From Octopus sinensis (taxonomy: Eukaryota), in contig NW_021832445.1 of the NCBI RefSeq assembly GCF_006345805.1, positions 1 to 30,915 on the forward strand: DNA of 30,915 nt, in the 5' to 3' direction. Positions 20,281 through 30,373 of the stretch are shown piece by piece. The position numbers and the translations under genes were made by a program. Positions within the stretch are counted from its first letter, which is position 1, and every line of letters begins with the position of its first letter. The notes under the pieces were generated by a model. It was not told the origin of the DNA, did no database searches, and saw only the letters and a list, made by a program, of their open reading frames with translations.

Positions 20281-22200
20281 TTTTTAGGGAAAATTTCCAA
20301 AAAATTTTCAAAAAATTTTCGAAAATTTTTCGGGAAAACTTTCAAAAAATTTTCAAAAGATTTTTCAAAAATTATTGGGGAAAACTTTTTGAAACTTTTT
20401 CAAAAATTTTTGGGGAAAATTTTCAAAAATTTTTTCAAACATTTTTGGGGCTAAAATTTTCAAAAATGTTTGAGGAAAATTTTCAAAAAATTTTTGAGGT
20501 AAATTTTCGAAAAATTTTTCAAAACTTTTTGGGGAAAATTATCAAAAAATTTTTCAAAAACTTTTGGGGAAAATTTTCAAAAACTTTTTCAAAAATTTTG
20601 GGGGAAAAAAATTTTAAAGTTTTTGAGGAAAACTTTCAAAAACTTTTTCAACAATTTTTGGGGAAAATTTTAAAAAATGTTTTCGAAAATTTTGGGGGAA
20701 AATTTTCAACAAATTTTTAAACAATTTTTGGGGAAAATTTTCAAAAGATTTTTCAAAAACTTATGTGGAAAATTTTCAAAAAATTTTTCAAAACTTTTTC
20801 GGGAAAATTTTCGAAAAATTTTTCAAAACTAGTTAGAGAAAGTTTTCAAAAACTTTTTCAAAAATATTCGAAGAAAATTTTCAAAAACTTTTTCAAAAAT
20901 TTTTGAGGAAAATTTTCAAAAACTTTTTCTAAAATTTTTGGTGAAACTTTTCAAAAAATTTTCGGGCAAAATTTTCAAAAATTTTTTAGGAAAATTTTCA
21001 AAAACTTTTCCAAAAATTTTTGAGAAAAATTTTCAAAACTTTTTCTAAAATTTTTGGTGAAAATTTTCAAAACATTTTTGGGGAATGTTTCCAAAACATT
21101 TTTGAGGAAAATTTTCAAAACATTTTTGGGGAATGTTTCCAAAACATTTTTGAGGAAAATTTTCAAAAAATTTTTGGGGCAAATTTTCAAAACTTTTTGA
21201 GGAAAATTTTCAAAATATTTTTCAAAAATATTTAAAAATATTCCCGAATATTAAAAAAAAATTTTTTGGGAAAATTTTGAAAAGATTTTTCAAAAATTCT
21301 TGGAGAAAATTTAAAAAAAATTTTTTAAAAATTTTTGGTGTAAATTTTCAAAAAATTTTTGGGGAAAATTTTCAAAAATTTTTGAGGAAAATTTTCAAAA
21401 ACTTTTTCAACAATTTTTGGGGAAAATTTTCAAAAAAGTTTCGAAAATTTGGGGGGAAAATTTTCAACAAATTTTTCAACAATTTTTGGGGAAAATTTTC
21501 AAAAAATTTTTCAAAACATTTTGGGGAAAATTTTCGAAAAATTTTTCAAAAATATTTAGAGAAAATTTTCAAAAACTTTTTCAAAAATATTTGAGGAAAA
21601 TTTTCAAAAACTTTTTCTAAAATTTTTGGTGAAACTTTTCAAAAATTTTTGGGCAAAATTTTCAAAAATTTTTTAGGAAAATTTTCAAAAACTTTTTCAA
21701 AAACTTTTGAGAAAAAATTTCAAAACTTTTTCTAAAATTTTTGGTGAAAATTTTCAAAACATTTTTGGGGAAAGTTTTCAAAAAATTCTTGAGGAAAATT
21801 TTCAAAAAATTTTTTGGGAAAATTTCCAAAGAATTTTTTTTTAATTTTTGGGGCAAATTTTCAAAACTTTTTGAGGAAAATTTTCAAAATATTTTCCAAA
21901 AATATTTAAAAATATTCCCGAATATTAACAAAAAATTTTTGGGGAAAATTTTGAAGATTTTTCAAAAATTTTTGGAGAAAATTTTTTATAAATTTTTCAA
22001 AAATATTTGGTGTAAATTTTCAAAAAATTTTTGGGGAAAATTTTCAAAAATTTTTGAGAAAAATTATCAAAAACTTCCTCAAAAATTTTTGAGGAAAATT
22101 TTCAAAAACTTTTTCAACAATTTTTGGGGAAAATTTTCAACAAATTTTTCCACAATTTTTGGGGAAAATTTTCAAAAATTTTTGGTGAAAATTTTCAAAC
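20281..22200. repeat. About 1.9-kb AT-rich minisatellite built from GAAAATTTTC / AAAAATTTTT units, with a 670-760-bp higher-order period
   Basis: Variant landmarks recur: TTCCCGAATA at 21241 and 21915 (674 bp apart); TTTTCAACAAATTTTT at 20703, 21461 and 22134. Confidence 0.95.
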
Positions 22201-22930
22201 TTTTATTATTTTGTTTCTTGCAGTTGTTCAAGCGGTTCCGTTCATCACCGGTGTTCCTCCTCACAGCTTCATACGCATTTTGCTCTTCCCCCCCCACACA
22301 CACATACATGCACACACACATATATGCTCCTGTCAGATTCCTAAACATCCCGTAGTACACATACACTTACTTTTTTCCAACGCACACTATATTCACGCTT
22401 ACCAAACATCATGAGCACACATAACTACATCATAGGCGTACATTGGGCGCTCTAAGCATAGACAGAGACACAGATGTACACATATGTACAGATATTATAC
22501 AGATGTACAGATATTATACGTGCACATATGCAAATTATCCACATACGCATTGTACGTGCAACATATACAAATTAACCGCATTCACACACGTCCATACATC
22601 AAGCACTTATATACACAAAATATGTCATGGTTAATATTTATCCCACTTTTAAACGTGGATTTTCTGTTAGTACAAACTATATTGCAGTGGAGAAACTTTC
22701 ATATTAGGTTTTGGTGCAAACTGCATTCTTGTTTATATTGCTAACAGGGAGATATATACCCGCCGTTTCCAGCGCCGAGAGCACCTGATCACCTGATAAA
22801 ACTTTCGTTGGTTATATCATTGATGAACGCTCGACCACAAAATATATAGAAATCCAGAACCAGAACAAGAGCTCTGTGTCACGATTAGCCAATGAGTTTG
22901 TAAAATTTATATATTTGGGATGAGTAAAGG

Positions 22931-22933
<3 letters not shown>

Positions 22934-22981
<48 letters not shown>
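22934..22981. repeat. (TA)n microsatellite
   Basis: Read directly from the sequence. Confidence 0.95.
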
Positions 22982-22986
<5 letters not shown>

Positions 22987-23034
22987 CTTACTCACACACA
23001 CACACAACACACACACACTCCGGATAATACTCCT

Positions 23035-23271
23035 AAAGGTGTCCGTGGCTCGACGATAAGTTTATGGTCGAGCTTGTGGCAGTTGAGACCTCCGGCATTC
23101 TTGGCCCCCGGACCATACCACTGCTCAGCGCTATCGGGACAGAAAATGCTGTCCGCAAGCGCAAGCCCGAGAGTCAAGGTGGTTACTCCAGTGCATCTTC
23201 CTCACCATCGTCCGAGACAAGGCATTTTCCATTTTGTCTGCTGGTGCCATGAAAAATGTTTCTATTTTGTG
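23035..23271 (+). mobile_element. CRE-like non-LTR retrotransposon, C-terminal end downstream of the restriction-like endonuclease
   Basis: LDDKFMVELVAVETSGILGPRTIPLLSAIG, then after a frameshift RESRWLLQCIFLTIVRDKAFSILSAG; cf. P(V)AVET.G..GP and RE..WL.QR.S..IVRGNA.SIL. Confidence 0.7.
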
Positions 23272-23307
23272 AGAGGCAAGATTCTCTCCGTTAAACCCAA
23301 CAGACTA

Positions 23308-23636
23308 TGATTCAGTGGTTAGAGCGTCGGGCTCACAATCATGAGGTAGTGAGTTCGAATCCCGGACCGAACTGTGCGTTGTATTCTTGAGCAAGGCACT
23401 TTATTTTATATTGCTCCAGTTCACTCAACTGTAGAAATGAGTTGTGATGTCACTGATGCCAAGCTGCTTCGGCCTTTGCCTTTCCCTTGGATAACATCAG
23501 TGACGTGAAGAGAGAAGGCTGGCATGTATGGGCGACTACTGGTCTTCCATAAAATAGCCTGCCCAGACTTGTGCCTCAGAGGGTAACTTTCTAGGTTCAA
23601 TCCTATGGTCATTCATGAACGAAGACGATCTTTACC
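23308..23636 (+). mobile_element. Family-C tRNA-derived SINE, near full length
   Basis: A box CAGTGGTTAGAGCG, B box GAGTTCGAATCCC, core TTGTATTCTTGAGCAAGGCACTTT; tail shared with 3646-3930. Confidence 0.85.
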
Positions 23637-23994
23637 CTAGGTTAAACATGTTTAAAGCATCATTACTAGATCACGACAGTTTTAGTCTGTCAGTCTGCGC
23701 ATCTACCGATGCATCTACCTACTTTTCTCTCTATCTACTTCCTCAATATTAGACATACGGATTCATACACATTCACAGAGTAAACATTTCGCACACACGC
23801 ACATACACGTGCGCGCACGTGCATAACTGCACCCACACACACAGTACTTATATGTCCTCCCAAGCTACACATTAATTGTACTAGGTGTGGCAACCGATCC
23901 AAGGCTTAGCTCTTCCCAACTAATAAACCGGTGTTGCAGTGAATGGTACATGAGTTCAGGCCTTGATATAAGCCACCGAATCATAAAACATTAT

Positions 23995-24021
23995 CTATAA
24001 CCCCACCGTTAACGCCTACGC

Positions 24022-24065
<44 letters not shown>

Positions 24066-24185
24066 GAAGAGGAGGAGGAGGAGAAGGGGTGAGGAGGGAG
24101 GAAGAGGAAGGGGAGGGAGGGAGGAAGAGGTGGAGGGTTGGTGGTGGTGATAGTAGAAGTAGTAGTAGTAATAGTAGTAGTAGTG

Positions 24186-24224
<39 letters not shown>

Positions 24225-24828
24225 ATGGTGGTGGTGGTGATAGTAGTAGTGGTGGTGGTGGTGATAGTGGTGGTAGTGGTGGTTGGTGGTGGTGGTGGTG
24301 ATGGTAGTAGTGACGGTGGTGGTGGTGGTGGTGGTGGTGGTGGTGATGGTAGTAGTGACGGTGTTGGTGGTGGTGGTGGTGATAGGAGGAGGAGGACGAC
24401 GACGACGAGGACGAGGACGGGACGGGGACGGGTATGCATTCACATTCACTACACGGAACACACGGCACCCAACACACGCTTCAGTCATGTTCATGTTCAC
24501 CAAAACAAAGTACACAGTAGCAGTTGTCGTGGTAAAGAGGACGTCGACACTAATATACCAGTGGCGATGGGTGGGTAAGTGACAATTTGTAAGATGGTTC
24601 ACATCCCGTAGCTATCACATGATCCACTCTAACCATTTATGACTTCCTGCTGTTTGTTAAAAACACCCTCTCTCTCTCTCGTGCCACTAGTAGGAAGTAC
24701 TGGTGCTGAGACAAGTTGTCATCGTAGAACAGATAGTGTTAATAGCGTTCAGAATGATAGTGCTTCTGATGGCGATGGCGACGGCGATGGCGATGCTGAG
24801 TGTCACGTGGTTGTAGAAATAGTGACTG

Positions 24829-24873
<45 letters not shown>

Positions 24874-24888
24874 CCACCACCACTACTG

Positions 24889-24919
<31 letters not shown>

Positions 24920-25125
24920 CACCACCACTACTACTACCACCACCACCACCACCACCACCACCACTACTACCACCACCACCACCACCACCACCACCACTAC
25001 TATTACTACCACCACCACCACCACCACCACTACTACTACAACCACCACCACCACCACCACCACCACTACTACTACCACCACCACCACCACCACCACTACT
25101 ACCACCACCACCACCACCACCATCA

Positions 25126-25191
<66 letters not shown>

Positions 25192-25217
25192 TGTAGGCGT
25201 TAACGGTGGAGTTATAG
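23995..25217. mobile_element. Foldback-like element: 25-bp TIRs plus complementary (GTA/GTG)n and (CTA/CCA)n arms around an about 450-bp core
   Basis: CTATAACCCCACCGTTAACGCCTAC (23995-24019) vs GTAGGCGTTAACGGTGGAGTTATAG (25193-25217), 24/25 complementary, each abutting a trinucleotide array of opposite polarity. Confidence 0.65.
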
Positions 25218-25354
25218 CGTAGCGCCAATTCAGCGCTGATTGAGCTGTCCTTTGATTAAAGACGCCCTGCCGTGACAATACCATTTCATTTTCAAACAAC
25301 CTGTACCACATTCCCTTAATGTGTCATTAAAATAAAAGGGCATTTCTTTTTATC

Positions 25355-25625
25355 GGCGCAGGCGTGGTTGTGTGGTTAGGAGCTTGCTTCCCAACCAGAT
25401 AGTTCCGGGTTCAGACTCACTGCATGGAACCTTGGGCAAGTCTCTTCTACAATAGCTTCGGGCCGACCAAAGCCTTGTGAATGGATCGGATAGACGGAAA
25501 CTGGAAGAAGCCCGTCATGTTTATACTTATATCTATGTGTGTATGTGTGTGTGTCATGGTGTATGTGTTTACCACCACCGTTTGACAACCGGTGTCAATA
25601 TTTTTACGTCCCCATAACTTAGCAG
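25355..25625 (+). mobile_element. Family-A SINE, 3'-truncated
   Basis: GGCGCAGGCGTGGTTGTGTGGTTAGGAGCTTGCTTCCCAACC…ACCTTGGGCAAGTC…GGAAACTGGAAGAAGCCCGTC. Confidence 0.85.
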
Positions 25626-26335
25626 ATCAATGTACGTTGATCTCACACATTTTAAATGCATACACGTATCACATACATACATCAAACACAAATCCCTCTC
25701 ATACACATTTTCATACGTACGACATGCATATATTCACATATATAAACAACCTACGTATTTGCGTGCATCACACACATGCGCACAAACAATAACCACCTGT
25801 ACTTCCCATTGTGTGGGAAGCGAGTCTGTAAAGAAATTGAGTCAGTAAGTAAATACAGTAAATAAGAAAGCAAATTCAATAAGCTGAGTTGAAGACGAAA
25901 TAGTTGAGAAACGCGAGTCAATGGGAAAGCTAGGGCAATAAACAGAGTCGGTGAGCGAACTGAGTTAATGAAGGATGGCTAAACAATGATAGATCTGAGT
26001 CAACGAGAAAGAGACGAGTCAGTGAATGAGAGAATACAATGAAAAAGTTCAGTCAATGAGACAACCGAAAAATGTAGACGAAGTTGAACGTACAGCAGGA
26101 AACGAAAATAGAAGCGGTCTACAAGCATTATAGAAAACGTATAGTGTTTGGAGGGTAAGCCTTTAAGTCCCATTCAAGATACTTAGAATATGATGGGAGT
26201 TGAAACTCACAAAAATATTACACCTGTGTAAAGAATAATGGTATTGGAAACAAAATATTGTAAGGGCAAGTTATTTGAACACTGAAAAATTTAGACAAAT
26301 TTAGACAAATTGTCGTCAACCAAAAATTCTCAAAA

Positions 26336-26433
26336 GGCTTTTGTCCGCTCGAGGCTATAGTAGTAGAAGAAATGTGCTCAAAGTGACATGCAGTGAGACT
26401 GAATCAAATACCTTTTATTTGGAAAGCAAGCTT
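26336..26433 (-). mobile_element. Degenerate family-A SINE head
   Basis: Reverse complement AAGCTTGCTTTCCAA…TTCAGTCTCACTGCATG…TTCT..TACTATAGCCTCGAG. Confidence 0.65.
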
Positions 26434-26663
26434 ATATCTATGTCTGTATATGTCTGTTTCTTTGCATATATATGTCATCATTCAGTTTAATTTCAAGATT
26501 TCTTTCCAATACAAAAAGATTGGGTTTCTAACCTTGATCTAAGTAAGGCTCCTTCAATGGAATTTCAACAACACCAACAGGGTATTTTTGTATGTATGCA
26601 TACACGCACATTTGCTTTATGTATGCATTTTCATGCATGTAGTTGTATATCTTCACATGCTCC

Positions 26664-26699
<36 letters not shown>

Positions 26700-26702
<3 letters not shown>

Positions 26703-26907
26703 GATAAATTCTGGAAAGTTTTACAGATTTTTAGTTCCACTGACGGCTTGAATCTGTAGTCTTCGAATCAGCTTTCTCCTTTGTGGTTTTGAGAAGCTTA
26801 ATTTCTCAAGACTGGTATTTAGGCAGTGAGCGATACATCCCAGTACTCCAATTACTGTATATAAACCTGAACTTCTTATGTGGATAGAGTAACTGCAGAC
26901 TTCTCAG
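26700..26907 (-). mobile_element. R4/Dong-like non-LTR retrotransposon 3' end abutting (TA)n
   Basis: Minus strand with two frameshifts: LRSLQLLYPHKKFRFI / VIGVLGCIAHCLNTSLEKLSFSKPQRRKLIRRLQIQAVSGT / KICKTFQ; cf. the R4-clade C-terminus P(I)VIGALG…LQ…GT..I. The 3' end runs into (TA)n at about 26665-26698. Confidence 0.65.
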
Positions 26908-27214
26908 TATGTATGTATATGTATCTGTTCGTTTCAGTGTGTGCCTGTTTTCATTGTCCTGTTTTTGTTACCAACTTTGAATCTCTGCAAATCCCAAATT
27001 TTATTTTGCTTTACGGGAGCAACTGACTTCTTGAAGACACATCTTGTCGTAATTGCTCGAAATGTAAAGTAGATAACAACCGACAACTGATGAAAGGTCG
27101 TTCATTATGTTACTTGTCTTATTTTCCAATTCTTTCTTTCGTTGTTCGCAAAAAAAGTTTGTGTTCCATGTTTTCGTATTTCACGTTGTTTACGTTTTAT
27201 GACGTCTTGTACCC

Positions 27215-27290
27215 ATATATGCAACTGTATACACATATATATGTATGTACATATATGTATGTATATATGCATATATACATTATTTATATT

Positions 27291-27358
<68 letters not shown>

Positions 27359-27380
27359 TATATACATATAGTTATATACA
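27215..27380. repeat. TA/TATG compound microsatellite
   Basis: Read directly from the sequence. Confidence 0.9.
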
Positions 27381-27919
27381 TGTATGCATAAATATGTCGT
27401 ATATACATATTCAAATGTATATACACATACATTCACAGACATGTGTGCATATGGTGTGTATGCAAGTGTGTACAAGCATGTTTTAAACTTGGTATCCGGC
27501 TGGTTTTGAAGGCGCTTTCCTAACTCTAATCTACAGAACACTCTTCTGTATAAGACACGTCATATCTCAGTCATCGTTATAGCAGTCGTCTTTATCATGA
27601 TAATTACTTGAGAATTTTAAGTTCCAAGACTTTGGAGGATTTAAATATTAACCTCTTTCTTTTTATATCATAATCTCAAGTACCTAAGCGGGTGTTAGTT
27701 ATGGTTTACACCTGTACTTTTCCTTACACTGTAAAACAAGATTAGAGAAAAGATTAGCAAATACCTGAACTAAATCCTAACTGCAAAATCAAACAAGAAA
27801 TCGTAATGCATATGAAGATAAATTGGAAGAAGAGAACCTGCCAAATCTGAAATTACAAACGGTTATGTCATGCGATTTCTCCTGTAATTATAGTACGTAT
27901 AGATATGCAGAAATAAGCA

Positions 27920-27987
27920 AATACACACACACACACACGCACACATGTATATATATATGTGTGTGTGTATTTATATATATATATATA

Positions 27988-28040
<53 letters not shown>

Positions 28041-28195
28041 GGAGATAGAGATAGATAGATTGATAGATAGATAGATAGATATACGTGCTCACATATAGAT
28101 ATGTCGGTAATTACACATATGTATACATATATAAATATATACAACTATCTACCTATTTATCCGTCTCTCTATATATACATGTATATATATATATA

Positions 28196-28237
<42 letters not shown>

Positions 28238-28441
28238 GAGGTGTGTGTATTCATATGTATATAAACCTATATACATGAATATATGTGTTGGTGTAAATAA
28301 TAATGAAATATGTGAATACAGATGTTTAAATATTGTTGATGTATGTACTACATACGCACACACATATACCCACACACAGACATATTTATCTGCTATCTTC
28401 TGCGTTTTGTGTTGTATATATACACACCGACACACAAACAC

Positions 28442-28474
<33 letters not shown>

Positions 28475-28515
28475 TGTATGTATGTATGTATGTATGTATG
28501 TATGTATGTATGCTT
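27920..28515. repeat. Compound CA/TA/GA/GATA/GTAT microsatellite field
   Basis: Read directly; source of CVCV/YIYI/MYVC ORFs. Confidence 0.9.
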
Positions 28516-28769
28516 GTCTATATGTATATATACATATTACGTATCCATAATGTTAAGTTCCCAGAGACAGAAGGTGTGTCTATTATGTGTCTTAAGAAAT
28601 ATGTCAGTCAAGCCTTCAAATCGCTTTTGAGATATTAAATACATTTGAAGGCAAAATTTAGAACGGTTTGCCTCGATATACGTCCACATATACACAATTA
28701 TATACATTTTCCTCATACAAACATGTACACATGCCCTATCTCTATCGCTGATTCATACACAAACAAGCT

Positions 28770-28778
28770 CATATGTGC

Positions 28779-28816
<38 letters not shown>

Positions 28817-28829
28817 GTGTGTGTGTATG

Positions 28830-28875
<46 letters not shown>

Positions 28876-28925
28876 TGTATGTATGTATGTATGTATGTAT
28901 GTTATTATGTATGTATGCATGTATG
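28770..28925. repeat. (TA)n/(GTAT)n microsatellite
   Basis: Read directly from the sequence. Confidence 0.9.
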
Positions 28926-29109
28926 CGAAGACGAACAAATGCACTCCCGTGCTTTTGGTTGATTTTTGAAAAATTATTAAAACGGCTTTTATGAATATAT
29001 TGCCCCTCATCAAATTTCAATTTTGCAATAAACATCCTGATTACTATTTTGCGTGTGCATACACTCGCACAGACACACAGATACACACAAGCATACGCAT
29101 ACACACACA

Positions 29110-29531
29110 CTCCCTGACCCTACCTCCCAACCCGGCTCGGTCCCCTTGCTCCCGCCCACGTTGCCGCACTTGCCCTTACCTCTCCAACACCACCCCATCC
29201 TCACTAGCACCCATCATCGACCCTATCGCATCATCAACTCCTTCACTGCACCTCCAGCAATATTATCTATTGCGTCTCTTGCTCTCTCTGCCATTCCTGT
29301 AATCGGACAAACGGGACGCCAGCTTTAGCTGACCGGTTCGGGAACACCTTCGTGACATCCACCTTGCGAACGACACACCGGTCTCACGCCATTTCCGCTC
29401 ACCGGTCACTCATTGCAACACCTGTCGTGTTCGGTTTTGTCCTTACACAGAGGTCATCCGGATTCCCGTTTGGCGTCGTGAACAGGAATTAATCTTCTCT
29501 ATTCGCTCTTATACGCCATTTGGTCTCAACT
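29110..29531 (+). pseudogene. Penelope-like element C-terminal Cys-rich linker plus GIY-YIG endonuclease, frameshifted
   Basis: Joined frames: PGSVPCSRPRCRTCPYLSNTT…ILTSTHHRPYRIINSFTCTSSNIIYCVSCSLC…IGQTGRQLADRF.EHLRDIHLANDTPVSRHFRSPGHSLQHLSVFGF…REQELIFSIRSYTPFGLNS, with IIY…IGQT, R..EH and terminal P.GLN motifs. Confidence 0.85.
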
Positions 29532-29932
29532 CTCCCCCTCCTCAATCTAACCCCCCTCCCCCTCCCCCTCCCCCCTCCTCACCTACATCCTCCCCGACCC
29601 TATCTCTTCAGTCCTTCATCTTTCACCCCTACTCCCTTCCCTTCTTCCCTCTTTCTCCCTCCCTCCTCCCTCTTCCCTTCCCTCTGCTCCCTCACTCCCC
29701 TTCTCTCTCCCTCTCTCCTCTTTCCTCCTTCCTCCTCCCCCTCTTTCTCCCCTCCCCTCTTCCCTCTTACCTTCCCCCCTTCCCTCTTCCCTTCCCTCTG
29801 CTCCCTCACTCCCCTTCTCTCCCCCCACTCCCCCTTTTCCTCCTTCCTCCTCCCTTCCTCCTCCCCTTCTCCTCCCCTCCCCTCCTATCCCCCTCCTATC
29901 CCCTCCTCTCCCCCCTCTTCTCCTCTCTCCAC
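29532..29932 (+). repeat. About 400-bp polypyrimidine (C/T) low-complexity tract
   Basis: Almost exclusively C/T; internal direct repeat CCTCTTCCCTTCCCTCTGCTCCCTCACTCCCCTTCTCTC occurs twice. Confidence 0.9.
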
Positions 29933-30029
29933 ACTACACCACACGACTTTACACATCACATCATATATACATACACATGTCCAGACCTCTCATACGCACT
30001 AATACTCTCTCATACACACACACACACCC

Positions 30030-30324
30030 TTATGTTGGAGTAGGTCATTCAACCCTATTATCTCCCCTAATTTCGCTCTCGCGTCTCATGTTTGATCTTT
30101 GACCTCTGGCCGAAATCAGATCGCCATGTTGATTCGTTAGTTACTGCACGCATATTTTTTCTCTCTTTTTCTGTGTTTTTTTCTCTGTGTATCTTTCTGT
30201 TGAAGAGCGTAGGCTCGAAACGTTAAAGACTTGTTTTATTTATATTTCCTGAGCGCACATACTAATACAATGTTTGTTTGTTTTCCACCTGCTTCGTCTT
30301 TGTCTATTTTCATAAAGCTTCCCT
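30030..30324 (+). mobile_element. Probable 3' pLTR/UTR of the Penelope-like element, ending at (TA)n
   Basis: Lies downstream of the GIY-YIG fragment, contains a hammerhead-like motif, and its end is repeated at 2609-2697. Confidence 0.6.
30192..30229 (+). ncRNA. Minimal type-I hammerhead ribozyme-like motif of a Penelope pLTR
   Basis: Stem I TCTTT/AAAGA; core CTGTTGA+A; stem II GAGC-GTAG-GCTC; GAAA; palindromic helix III ACGT; GUU triplet. Confidence 0.6.
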
Positions 30325-30330
30325 ATATAT

Positions 30331-30372
<42 letters not shown>

Positions 30373-30373
<1 letters not shown>

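Noticed and set aside
20281-22200. CRISPR-like repeat/spacer reading of the periodic arrays
   Set aside because: No unique spacers between constant repeats, and the context is eukaryotic; no CRISPR array anywhere in the window.
22210-22290. Acceptor-like TTTGTTTCTTGCAG followed by GC-richer sequence; minus-strand peptide EQNAYEAVRRNTGDERNRLNNCK
   Set aside because: No donor, too short, and no family that I can recognise.
21741-22355. 204-aa K/F/N-rich ORF and the neighbouring satellite ORFs
   Set aside because: The A4T4 satellite rarely creates stops, and similar ORFs occur in overlapping frames on both strands.
23308-23385. tRNA-like A and B boxes here and at 2030-2105 and 30600-30664
   Set aside because: No complete cloverleaf, and each continues into a SINE body, so they are SINE heads rather than tRNA genes.
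24639-25196. 185-aa ORF ending in poly-Thr (mucin-like) and the other long ORFs at 24.0-25.2 kb
   Set aside because: They are trinucleotide arrays open in most frames, with no recognisable domain; the stop lies inside the TIR.
27087-27120. Perfect hammerhead core CTGATGA
   Set aside because: No stem II or downstream GAAA in register.
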